DNA of 63,979 nt, the filler included, from Diploschistes diacapsis (Eukaryota): NCBI GenBank assembly GCA_023645945.1. It is 16 parts of 16 records of this genome, joined end to end, with 100 filler letters (N's around TTAATTAATTAA, not from the genome) between each part and the next. Parts side by side here need not be neighbours in the genome. Positions count along the whole stretch, not along the records: positions 12,166 to 16,113 come from JALAIB010001813.1; positions 16,214 to 20,154 come from JALAIB010001814.1; positions 20,255 to 24,194 come from JALAIB010001815.1; 13 more parts are not named here. The stretch is one strand, 5' to 3'. The notes beneath the pieces are model-generated. The model saw only the letters and a list, made by a program, of their open reading frames with translations, did no database searches and was not told the DNA's origin. Shown here in pieces: positions 12,478-24,294 of this stretch; within the stretch, counting starts at the first letter, position 1; every line of letters begins with the position of its first letter. The position numbers and the translations under genes were made by a program.

Positions 12478-13410
12478 TCACCGCCCCGCCAGCACCTTCT
12501 CATCCAAATACTGCCTCCAATTATGCTCCTCCTTGAATCCCAACACCTCCCTAGCCTTGCGATTACTCAACGGCGCCTCCCTCGGCCCCAACTCCCTCGT
12601 GACCCGCGTCCCTTTGGCATACCTCTCCAGTATCTCCGCCGTGTCCTCCCTCGTCGTGATCTCGTCATTCGTCGCGTTGAACACCTCGAACCCCCTCCCG
12701 GCACCCACGGTCAGGCAGCGCTCGCAAATCTGGGCCAGATCGCGCGCATCCACATAGCTCCAGGCATTGCGATACCTCAGGCCGGGATCGTCCAGCCAGG
12801 CGGGGAAGTCGCGGGGGTACTCGTGGGGCTCGACGACGTTCCCGATGCGCAGGGCGTAGACGTCGACGCCGGGGAAGCGGCGGGCGAAGGTGCGGGCGGT
12901 GCGCTCGGCGCACAGCTTGCTGAGCGCGTAGCTGTCCTCCGGGTTGACGTCCATGTCCTCGGTCAGCGGCAGGGCGGCGAAGGCGGCGCGCGCGGGGCCC
13001 TGCGCGAAGCACGACCCGTACACCGTCTCCGACGAGGCCACCACGATCTTCTTGATGCCCAGCTTGCACGCCGCTTCGATCACGTTGTACGTGCTCGTCA
13101 CGTTCTGCGCGAACGTCTCGTTGTCCGGCACTAGCAGCACGCGCGCCAGCGCCGCGAAGTGGATGACCGCGTCCGGAGGCTGGAGCGAGGGGTTGAGGAA
13201 TTCGGCGTGCGTGAAGGACGAGGAGAGCGCGTTGAAGACTTGGCCGGAGTTGGTGAGGTCCGTTTTGATGAAGGGGAAGGTGTGCGGGAGGCCGGCGGAG
13301 GTCGGGTACGGGACCAAGTCGAGGTTTAGCAGCGTGTGGCCCCGCGCGGAGAGGTAGGGGAGTATGTGGCGGCCCGCTTTGCCGGAGCCGCCGGTGAAGA
13401 CGATGCGCAT
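12478..13410 (-). CDS. NAD-dependent epimerase/dehydratase (extended SDR), intronless
   Basis: TGGSGKAG Rossmann motif, HFAA, ASSETVYG, YALSK (YxxxK), YVDARD. Confidence 0.92.
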   Translation of the reverse strand: MRIVFTGGSGKAGRHILPYLSARGHTLLNLDLVPYPTSAGLPHTFPFIKTDLTNSGQVFNALSSSFTHAEFLNPSLQPPDAVIHFAALARVLLVPDNETFAQNVTSTYNVIEAACKLGIKKIVVASSETVYGSCFAQGPARAAFAALPLTEDMDVNPEDSYALSKLCAERTARTFARRFPGVDVYALRIGNVVEPHEYPRDFPAWLDDPGLRYRNAWSYVDARDLAQICERCLTVGAGRGFEVFNATNDEITTREDTAEILERYAKGTRVTRELGPREAPLSNRKAREVLGFKEEHNWRQYLDEKVLAGR

Positions 13411-14558
13411 GTTGGGGGTTTTGGAACGCGGCGGGAGTGGGAATTGAGGATATATTGAAAGCGATTGGAGAGAAGACGGATTGGTCTTGTCCGCAGTGAT
13501 TTTTGAATTATAGATGCGAGGGAAATTTCTTAAATGAAGCGAACAGAGGGGGGAAGTTGATCGTCTGCGAAAGAGGAGAGTCTGCTCCCACCTACCTACC
13601 TGCCTGAGCAGCTCGTTGTGTTCATGACGTCGAGGAGTGCCCCGCGATGAGGTTATCTCTATTTCAGGTCGTTACGAGAAATGCATATATACTGATGCAC
13701 TTGAAGGAGGCTGTTAGACTGCCTTGTCTGAACAGCAACCCAAAGGTGGCGCAGCCTGAGGCAGCTGAGGCAAATTGAAGCTGTGATAATGTCTATATCT
13801 GAGCCCCGTGGGAACGGTCACATGATGAGGGCTTGAAAAGCTGAGTAATTATGTTTGCTATTAATTATGTCTGCTATAAATAACCGCATGCGGCGAATTA
13901 AGCAGCCGCTTCACAGCCCAGATCTGGCAAGTCTAAGCCTATCTGGGTCTGATCTCGCATATGCATTGTTTTTCCCCAATCACAGTCCCAGTCCCAGTAG
14001 TAAAGAGTAAAGAGCAAAGAAAGAGTAATGAGTTGTTGAGTACAGTTTCACTCACAGCCAGAGGTAAAGGTAAATAAGTCGCATGTAGATGTCGAGGCCG
14101 ACCGTTTGCGGAGTGCCAGGTGGGTGAGTGAGCCACCCGCACAACCTGCGCGCTTTGCACCATCAACCCTCGACCCTCGACCACTTTCCTCGCCCGCACT
14201 TCCTTCATTCCCCCCCCAAAATACCTTAAACTCGGGACCCTCACCCACTTTCTCTATTTTTGGCACATCGAACTTTAAATTCACAAGAACACTATACTTT
14301 TCCTCGAGCATTTGCTTGATTTGCAAAGAGGCTCGATCATTGGTTGTTACAATCATTACTTACTCGTCAAGCGTCGCAGGAGTCTTTGTTTTCCTTTGAC
14401 AGGCCCCGCGACTGAGCCGCTTTCATCTTCCTTCCTCGAGCGGTGCATCAGCTTGACTTGCATCACCCGTCGTGTCAACGTTGCTTCTTCTAGAGGATTT
14501 ATACCGATACCCGTTTCTGAGTATTCCCTCGAGTTGCATCCCATTTGCTTCGCCGGAC

Positions 14559-16113
14559 ATGGGGCGTCGTAAGATCGAGATCAAGGCGATCAAAGAAGAC
14601 AGAAACAGATCAGTGTACGTCAAAGGCATCGTTATCCTGGCAAACTGATCGGGTTTCCAAACATGATTGCATGGGATTTTACAGCAAAGATAGGAGCTCT
14701 TCAGGGTTGTTCAGTGCTAACGCAAGCTTATCCATAGGACGTTTCTCAAGCGCAAAGGCGGTCTCTTCAAAAAGGCCCATGAATTATCAGTTCTCTGCTC
14801 CGTCGACGTTGCAGTGATTATATTTGGTCATAACAAAAAACTATACGAGTTTTCCTCGGGCGACATCAATGAAACCATTGGTCGATATCAATACGTGCGT
14901 TTCTGACCTCTTGAACCTTCCTTCGTGTGCTGACTTCGCGCAACAGTATGGAGGGCCTCATGAACACAAAGGTCCCGCTGACTTCGCTGGTAAAAGAGAT
15001 GCGGATGGCAGCGATGACGAGGAGATAGATGAGGGCGCAATCGAGAGCGAAATGGCGGAGGCAATGGTGCCGCATATTCAGGCTCCTCAGAATTTTGCGC
15101 GCATGCCGCATGCACCCTCTGCATCGCCGCCGATCGGAAACGGGGCATTGGCTTACCACCGACAACGCACGCCACAGGCCGGCATGGGCTCGAGGCCCTC
15201 CTCGAGGAATCACAATCCCATACCTAGGCCCGGTTCGACGCTCAATCAAGTCACACATGCGCCTAGCATTCCAAATGGGTACGCCTACATGGCAAACCAT
15301 GGGATGTATAACCCTCATGCCCAACCTGGAATGCCGGGCGGTCCTCATCCAGCCCCGCAGCACCCTCCTCAGCCACAACCTCAATACCAGCAGTTCAACG
15401 GCATGCATCCGGTAGCACCACCAGCATACATGCAAGACCAAAGACATGGCTCAATACCTCCTTACACAAAAAGTGATCGACTCCAACCTCAACCAACAAT
15501 AAAAGCGGAACGCCCCTCCGCCTCTCCGCCTCAACAACAAGCCGAAATTGAACAACGCCCTGACACGCTCCAACCCCAGCAGCTCAAGCAGCCCGGCGCC
15601 AAATCTCGTAGCATTTTCACTCCCATCGACGATCGCGGCTCTCTTCTGGCACAACAGTGGGGCTTTGGTAGCTCCAACCTTGCGGAGCCACGCCCCCAAG
15701 ACCAAACTCAACCCCACCTCTCCAAATTCGACGACAAGGACCGCTCCCAGTCCGTTGACGTTGCCTCCATCCATCGCATCGGCCTTACCGAGCTCTCACC
15801 CCGCACCCCTCCGAAACCGCCTCAGCGTGTTTTCTCGCAGCCCCAGCGCACGCAGTCCATAACCTCTGTCGGCGGCGATGGCAAGCGGCCCAAACTAAAA
15901 GTACAAATCCCCTCGGAGCAGTCCGACGATGGAGACTCCCCAGCCGCGGGCTCATCGTCCCAGAACGGCGGGAACAACGGCAACGCCACGACGAACCCCA
16001 GCCACCGCCGAACCGGCTCGGGCTCGAACATGCGAAAAGCAAGCACAGGCACGAACGACGCCCCGCACTCGAGCAGCAACAACTCCACCTCCGCCTCGGG
16101 CGTCGTCCTCCCC
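14559..16113 (+). CDS. rlmA: MEF2-type MADS-box transcription factor RlmA/Rlm1, 3' truncated
   Basis: Spliced [59 protein letters not shown]; downstream SIFTPIDD and [11 protein letters not shown] motifs. Confidence 0.92.
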
Positions 16114-16213
16114 NNNNNNNNNNNNNNNNNNNNNNNNNNNNNNNNNNNNNNNNNNNNTTAATTAATTAANNNNNNNNNNNNNNNNNNNNNNNNNNNNNNN
16201 NNNNNNNNNNNNN

Positions 16214-19200
16214 TAATTATACTTATAGAGTAAAAAAGCTTACCGAGAAAAAAATTTAAAATTTATTATAAAACGAAGATTATTGCGTATCGACGTAATA
16301 TATTAAAGTTTAATCAGGGCTTTAAGATTAAAGAGAAAATATTATTATCTTTAAATATTAAATAGATCGGTTTAAGGACCCAACTGATACCTTATATTAA
16401 TTATATAATCAAATTGCGTCATAAATAATAATTTAATGAAAACTTAATCCTTTTACGTTGCCAGCTTTTTAAAGAGGAACTACTTACCGCGTTAATCCAA
16501 AAAATAATCGATATAAGAGCTTTTAATTATAATTAAACGCTAATCGTTTACGACATAAGCCATAAACCCTTATCACGGCTTTCAGAACTGTTTAAATTTC
16601 GCGTGGAAAGGACATTATAGACCTTTTTGAGAAAATTTATCTCCCCGTAACTATTTAAATGCGCCTTAACTGCATAAAAAAGATTTACAAAGGACTATAA
16701 TTCGAAAATTGCGGTAATACCTTAGAAGCTTCTGTGAACCTAACGCAGGCTGGTACAGCTAAATGAGCCGATGGTAGTCACAGACTGATCTCAAAACAGT
16801 AGAATGGCCGCAATCTTCAAGCAATCCTGTCAACATAAGTAACTGTCCTCTTCCCCGAAAACATGCCTATCTCGGTATTACATATTATAAAGTACCATAA
16901 CAACATCTTATGTTTCGTTGAAGCTCTAACTTTTTTATATTCTTCAAAACGCCTAAATAGGTCGACAATTATACGACACAACTGGCGTGCAGAAACCACC
17001 AAAATCGCAACCGAAATCACGTTAATATCGGGAGCACTTTACCTTATTTTAAGAACATTACGCTCATACATTCTAGTCATTAATATCTTGTATTCTATAT
17101 AATAGCTCTAGCTTTTTCGTTATCTTATTATTACTTTTTTTAACAAAATTGGAATGGATATTTTTAACTCGGATGTACGTGAATAAGATAAGTTATCTAT
17201 ATAACCCTTGAAACTATTGTTGGTTAAGCTCTGTTAAAAGGTCGGTAAAGGTTCTATAATTTTTTTATATCGAAAAGACGATTATCATTCGATAAACGTA
17301 TGCGTTAATATTTTCGAAAAAACAAAACAATGATTACGGTAGATTAATAAACTGAAAGTTCTTTATAGTACAAGCTTAGATCAATCGTTAATAATGAATT
17401 AAAACTTACTTTTTTATTTAATATAAAAACCAACTTCAATAGATTATACCTCGTTTTTAAACCTATAAGGATCCTTATCGTGCTCAGGATTAACCGCCTA
17501 TTATTATTTAAATTATTTTTTAAAATAATTTCTATTATCGACCCTCGATCGATCTTCTATAAACTATTCTGTAATACGTTAAGATAGTATATAGAACTAA
17601 AAGCTTAAATAATTATATTTTCATAACTTATGTCTAATCTTTCGGATGCAGTGAATAATGTTACTAAATTATAGATCAAAAACGGGAGAAAGATAGCGAA
17701 CGAAGACGCTATTCCTAATTAACTTACCATCCCTGTACAAAGTCTTTCGCATAAGAAAGACTTTATACAGGATATAATCTCACCTTTAACCAAATCTGCC
17801 AGCTTTCTGCACCAATACATTCTTTCTATCTATAACCACATAATTAACACTTTAATTCAAATAAATACTTCAGCCAGGCCAATCGAGAATTAGACGATAA
17901 AATTTCACCGTATAAAATACTATTATAGGATTAGTTAGACGGTCGACGTCGACTTTAAATAAAAACGGGTCCTAATATGGAAAAGGCCGGGTAATAGAAT
18001 CCATACTTCCGATCGTCGAGAATTCAAGAATACAAGGCTTTAACTGCCCTTTCTACTTTTTACTTAGATATTGCGTAATAACGAATCTTACTAGAACCAT
18101 AATTAATCTTTAATCATTTCGTAACTATGAACGCCGTGTAATTAATACATTTTAGATCTATTTTCTCGTATGGTTGATCTATTCGCAGACACAACTATAA
18201 TAAAAAATGGTACGAAAGGGAACGGTATATAATTCTTTTCTTTAACAACGATACCCTATAAGCCTCGCTTCTTCTAATCATAACCCGGAACTCCTTATAA
18301 ACTTTAATATAAATTATTCTTTTATTGGAATTTCTTGTAGTTGCGCTTATTAGGAATCATTGAGGCCGAAATAGATAATTTCCGTTATAAATCGCAGCCG
18401 CCCTCGCGTTATTCGCGTATTATTACCTGGCCGTACGCATTGGTCGGAATTTAATATTTCGCCGATTTATTATTATACAGAGTTTCACGTCTGTTAGAAC
18501 TGATAAGATCTTACGACCCGTTAATCCTTTTTTTATAAGTTTCGTGTTTTTATATTTACCGTAATAGCAAACCTTGGATGTTATATGTATCCTTATTTAA
18601 CTTAACTGGTCGTTTAAACTGATATTAATAAATAAATAATAAATCATCGAAACCGTACCTTACGATATTTATCGTCGTTATTTACTTTAATACGCAATAG
18701 GGCCCGAGTAATACAGGGTATAATTACGGTAGCCTTCCAAATCAACTCGACTATAGTTTCTCGCTCCCTTTACAGACCTTACATCTAGTGTCTAATAACC
18801 TTCCATTATTATCGTTTTCCGAGCGAGTTTTGGCGAAGGAGGTTAACACCGCGTCCTTAGATTATTAAACCGATAAAGCTAATATTAATATTTAACGGCG
18901 AAAGGAACAGAATCGGGTTTCTTAAAGAACGTATAGAAAAAAGAAAGATAAATTATTTATTTATCGGATTTTGTTCGGTTAATAATAATATATTCGTTAA
19001 TAAAATAATTAGATTCTATCGTCAAAGATTTGTATAACAGTATTAAAGACCTATAAAAAGGGGTAGAAAATCTTAAAGCAGAGAATAGTAATTTAAAAGG
19101 CCGAAATAATGAACTTTAGATCGAGCTTAAAAAACTTTTCGTAAAAAACCGACAATTAAAACGTAGGCGTTTAACGTTTTAACACTTTATATTTAAGAGT

Positions 19201-20154
19201 TTCACGTTCCGTTAATCGGGTTATATATAATACCTCGATTAAAAAGACTCGTTAACACTTTAACATTATACGAAACATAACACGTTTAACGAGGATATAT
19301 AAATAAATCCGTAAAAAACATTTCTCGACTTTTTCGATAATTTTCAAAGCTTCGTGCTTAATCGATCACCGAACTCGATAATGAACGAATATCTCGTGAC
19401 AATAATCGTATAGTTATTTTCTAAAATTCTACAGTTACGCTTTTCGTTTAATGAAAAGATATCGAGTCCGCAATTTAAATCTTATTTAAGATAAAATAGA
19501 TCAGATCGTCCGATTCTTATTTAAGCTGGATTCGACGTTGCTGGCATAGTCGACATAGATTCAAACCTTAGACGCAACGGCGAGCTTTTAAACGCTACTA
19601 AAAAAAAAAAAAACAGTTCAACGGATAACCCGAGACGCCATAGTGGGACAGATTTACGATACTTAAAACATTCCTTGGATGAATTTATTTAAATGATTTT
19701 ATTCCTTTAAGAGCATTTTTCGATTGATAAGAGCGCAACTAAGCTATTTTAACTGAAAAATGCGAATATTAAGCGGAAGATTGAGGTTAAAGAATACGAA
19801 AGACGATAATTGATTAAAAAATTCGCCGTTTAAGAGAATTCTTATAATATAATATATAATTATTATTTAAATCGATTATCGAGATACCGTGAATTAAAAG
19901 TAAATCCTTTATTCTTGATCTAAATCGTCTCGTGTCCCGGTTCGCTATTTGTCTATATTTTTTTCTTGCGTTTACTTAAGACGGGCTAACGGTACCTATC
20001 AGAGTCTCCGATTAGATTTCTAATAGGTACCGTTGAAGGCTAGGATTTATTTAATAGTATCAAGATTTCCGTTATAGCTTCGGCCTTTATTATTATTATC
20101 CCCTATTTCTTTATAGGGGAGCAAAGGGCAAAAAGGTTTCCTACAGCCTTGCAC
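16214..20154. pseudogene. Whole contig of RIP-like mutated, formerly coding or repetitive DNA; family not identified
   Basis: Very AT-rich, rich in TpA and CpG but poor in CpA/TpG; no ORF above 80 aa; residual codon-like stretches. Confidence 0.6.
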
Positions 20155-20254
20155 NNNNNNNNNNNNNNNNNNNNNNNNNNNNNNNNNNNNNNNNNNNNTT
20201 AATTAATTAANNNNNNNNNNNNNNNNNNNNNNNNNNNNNNNNNNNNNNNNNNNN

Positions 20255-22205
20255 GCAAGCACTTGCTCCAGTATGTCTTCCTCTGTCCTACAGACTTGCT
20301 CGCCACAGTAGTGCTCTTGCAACCATGCCATTCGCTTGACGTGTCGCCCAGCAGCCTCTAAGGTGGTGCACAAGAGGCGGCGCTCTTTGGGACTGGACAG
20401 GGTGTCGAGGCAGTAATATAACTCTGGGCTGCCAAACTGTCTGACGCGTTTCAAAGCTTGAAACGCATCCCTCACACAGCAGCTGTGTGCGCTGCTGAAG
20501 ACAAACATGTGACTAAAGTGTGGTTTTGTACCCCTCTCTTGAATGAAGTTGACCTGTATTCCAGCGTTCAGTTAGCAAGTGCTGATGAGTGCAAAGCGCT
20601 GGACCTTGTATGCTGAGTGCTCTGGCCATGCATTTGTGCAACACTACCACGTAATGCAGAGCAGTGTTAACCTCAACAGAGTTCATGTATGTCTGCACTC
20701 ACCCCAACAGTGAGCGTAGACGTGTACAGAAGCAGGCTGCACTGAAGCCAGCGGTGCTTCACATCAGCCAGGTCTGCCTCCTTCACACTGCCTGGAGTGT
20801 CCCGCGAGTAGTACAGGATGGCCAAGTCTGGCAACTGCTGCTTGACCTGATTGTGCAGCTTGTCAGCAAATGCTTTTGTGCCACAGAAGGCTACACAGTT
20901 CTTGCCAGACTTCAGGCGCTTGATGAGCTCATGTATAAACTCCTTCTTGTCATCAAGCCTATAGGCCTTGCGTGGCTCTTGGCACCATGAGTTGTAGATG
21001 ACCTTCACTTTCTCTGTGCGTGCGTTGAAAATTTGGTGCACCAGATTGAGCGTCCTGTTTGTCATGTAGGCATCTGCAAAGACAACCTTCTCGCCTCTCA
21101 ACAAGACATCATGCAGCACTGCGGTCACTCGCCCAGCACGGTCGCCCATTGTCTTCTCACTGCTGAGCTGCGCCAAGATGCTTTCGCTCTCGTCCATTAG
21201 CACAAGGTTGTATTTCTCAGCGCTTCTTAGACGCTCAAGCGACTCAGCCTGACAGACAATGCGTGGGACCTCAGCCAGGTCGGTACCCTCCATGGTCTTG
21301 TTGTATTGCACAAAGAGTAAGCTGTCTGGGCATTCAAGTGCAGTGCCATGCCTTTCTGTCCATGCAGCTTTGACAAGCCTATTGAAATTGCTGATGTGGT
21401 CATGGGCAAGGGTTACTCGATTGCTGACAATCAAGACGCGCCCTTCCCTAAGGACAATATCTGCAATAAGCTTCTCTGCTCCACGTGTCTTTCCTGCAGA
21501 GACACAGCATTACACTCTTAGCTTTGCACTCTTGCATACATTGCGTTGAACCTTACATCAGCGCTCAGCTTCAGATGTGGGAAACACAGCCCCAACTTGC
21601 CTGTACCAGGCTTGGACCAAATGACCAGACCAGCAGCAGTCTCCTTGCTGTAGTCTTGTAAGTATGGCTCGTTACATGCATGCAGCTCCCAATTGTATTG
21701 CTCACAGATGTTGTTGATGTCTGGCATGTAGAATTTTCTGAGCTTTGTCTCGCTTTCGCTCATGCGCTGTTCCTTGAAGAAGCGCTGCAGGCAGAATCAT
21801 TCCTCAGTTGGATAGCAAGTTTGGACTGTCTTTGCGTAGCATGTGCTTCAGTACAGCCTGAGCAAACTTGGCATCTGTCCTTTATCAGCACACAGCATGC
21901 AGGATCCTCAAACCACCATTGTGGTGGCCATTGGGTACTGCAATGTTGGCAATGTTTGTGCATACATTATACCACTTGAGTTCGCTGTGTGCTCTTTCAG
22001 GCAGGAGGCCCAGGACAACCTTGCGCAACAGTTCTTCTGGGATAGGGGGCCCTGCACTCAAGCCAGCTTGTGCAGCTGTCCGATTGAGAGGATTTGGAGC
22101 AGGTGGGCTTCCGTGTTGACCTTGAGGGTCCCTCAGCTTCACCGAAGCACGGGCAAGGTCATCCCGCTTGTAGTCCTTGCGTTCAAGAGGCAGTGAAGGA
22201 AGCAT
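20255..22205 (-). CDS. UL9/origin-binding-protein-like SF2 helicase with PriCT-2-like N-terminus; 4 exons (22205-21894, 21784-21601, 21493-20703, 20553 to contig end), 3' truncated
   Basis: After splicing: Walker A SKPGTGKT, VLIVSNRVTLA (Ia), CQAESLERL, Walker B LVLMDESES, VVFADA (III), VAFCGTK (IV), YTSTLTVGVNF...HFSHMF (V), DAFQALKRVR (VI); introns 21893-21785, 21600-21494 (GC-AG) and 20702-20554 all keep the frame; first intron and start are less certain. Confidence 0.85.
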
Positions 22206-22213
22206 GTTGCTGT

Positions 22214-23050
22214 TGTGATTCTTTAGTTGGCTGGCTGCCTTATGAGGGTGTGTTCACCTGATCACATGACAGGTTCCCGTAGCAATCCGCTATCGGTATG
22301 TCCGTACTGGTATGCCCTCATCCGTACCGGGTCACGTTGACACTGCCGGTAGCAAGAGCATCACAGGACAGTTGCAAAGGGTAATATCTGTCAACTGGGA
22401 TGTCCGGGCTGACACAAACAAGCCCAATCCTGTCAATACACTTCCTTAGAGAGCTCTGTACCGTAGAACATAATTTTTGTGACAGTCCGTACTTCTCTGT
22501 TGAGTGCCATTGCCTATCTTGCTTACTCACAGAGGTTTGCGGCTTTGCTCTCGCATTTGCCGCCGGCAAAGGCTTGTATCCGTCAAACAGAATGTCCGGG
22601 TTGACACAAAAAATGTGATTTGGTTCTTTAGTTGGCTGGCTGCCTTATGAGGGTGTGTTCACCTGATCACATGACTGGTACCCGTAGCAATCCGCTATCA
22701 GTATGTCCGTACTGGTATGCCCTCATCCGTACCGGGCTCACTTTGACACTGCCGGTGGCAAGAGCATCACAAGACAGTTGCAAAGGGTAACATCTGTCAA
22801 CAAGGATGTCCGGGCTGACACAAAAAAGGCAAATCCTGTCAATACACTCCCTTAGAGAGCTCTGTACCGTAGAACATACCTTTTGTGACAGTCCGTAGTT
22901 CTCCGTTGAACGCCATTGCCTATCTTGCTTACTCACGGAGGTTTGCGGCTTTGCTCTCGCATTTGCCGCCGGCAAAGGCTTGTATCTGTCAAACACCAAA
23001 AATGTGATTTGTGTTCCTTAAGGAACTCTGTATCATACAACAAAGTTTTT
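22214..23050. repeat. Tandem duplication with 405-bp period (two copies plus a diverged partial third) between the helicase and recombinase genes
   Basis: CTTTAGTTGGCTGGCTGCCTTATGAGGG at 22221 and 22626 with high identity throughout; diverged CTCTGTA...TTTTTGTGACAGTC again near 23015-23060. Confidence 0.95.
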
Positions 23051-23234
23051 GTGACAGTCTGTTGATGGGGTTGTCCGATTGAGCGTGCTTGCCTAAACCC
23101 TTACTCAAGGAGGTAGTCGCACTGTGAAGTAACCAGTCACGCTGATTGGTCAGGCCAGTCATGCGAACCGGTTGGGCCAACCTGTCAGACCAAGGACCCC
23201 TCATAGCCACAGGGCAAGCTCATAAGGACACATC

Positions 23235-24194
23235 ATGCCTCCTCAAATCAAACAACAAATAACACTCATGGTGCGAGGAGGGCGAAGCAAGGACGACAAT
23301 GCTCAAATAGACAACCTTTTTCGCCTCACTTCACCAGATTGGGTTTCTAGCAAAGAATCTGAGGAGTTGAGAGAAACCATTATCAACAACGAATGGTCAA
23401 AATCTGGTTTACAATCTACCACAGTAGAGCAATACAGAGTGGCTCTACGCAAGTGGCAAAAGTATATATTTCAACGGTTGATACACTTTCATTGTTCATC
23501 TGGGCAACTTGCAAGTTGAGACCTAACATGGTTTTTTGTGCTTTAGGTACGAGGCACTAATGAAGGAGAAAGATGCATCCTTCACGAGCTTGCAAGACAA
23601 AGAGCAGAAAGTGTGCGGCTTTTTGCATTGGTTGCTTGACGCAATTGACTTGAACAATACTGACTTGCAACATAAGGCAACCAAAGCTCCACAAACACAG
23701 CTGGATCATGCAATCCAAGCACTTAGCTGTGTCAAAAAATGCCAAATGGGCGTGTCTGGCCAAGCTGATGGTTGGAACCCCAAGAACTCTGTCATCAAGG
23801 GACCATTCATACGGGCCAAACAAATGCAAGCGGAAGTGGGATCATCAATGGGAGTTTTAGACAGCAAGCATCTGACCAACAGACAATACAATGCTTATCT
23901 TGATGAAAGCTGGACATTTGGGACAAGCCCGGAGCATGCATTGACAGGTATGTTCATGGTAGTTGAAGCCACCACAGCCACCAATTGCGGCCTTAGAGCT
24001 GAGGACTCCAGAGAATTGAGGTGGCCGATGTTAGCAATTGCTGAAGTCATTGGCAACATCAGGCCAGCACCTTGCATCCCTATGCAGCTGGGACTTCGGA
24101 GGGCTGGCAACAAGACATCACACATAGGCAAGGCCGAGTGGTTTGCCATGGTTGAAAACGCTTTGCCACAATGCTGCCCTGTGTTAGCAGTTGC
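23235..24194 (+). CDS. Crypton/NDC10-like tyrosine recombinase, 3' truncated; intron 23462-23546
   Basis: N-terminal TTVEQYRVALRKWQKY...KVCGFLHWL...TQLDHAIQAL...Q...NP; catalytic region CGLRAEDSR (Arg), GNKT...G (Lys), CCPVLAV; intron GTATAT...CCTAAC...TTTAG keeps the frame. Confidence 0.8.
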
Positions 24195-24294
24195 NNNNNN
24201 NNNNNNNNNNNNNNNNNNNNNNNNNNNNNNNNNNNNNNTTAATTAATTAANNNNNNNNNNNNNNNNNNNNNNNNNNNNNNNNNNNNNNNNNNNN

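Noticed and set aside
22318..23210. Repeated minus-strand ORFs in the 405-bp duplication as extra genes or upstream helicase exons
   Set aside because: No recognisable domain, and frames are not conserved between copies; treated as non-coding, though not excluded.
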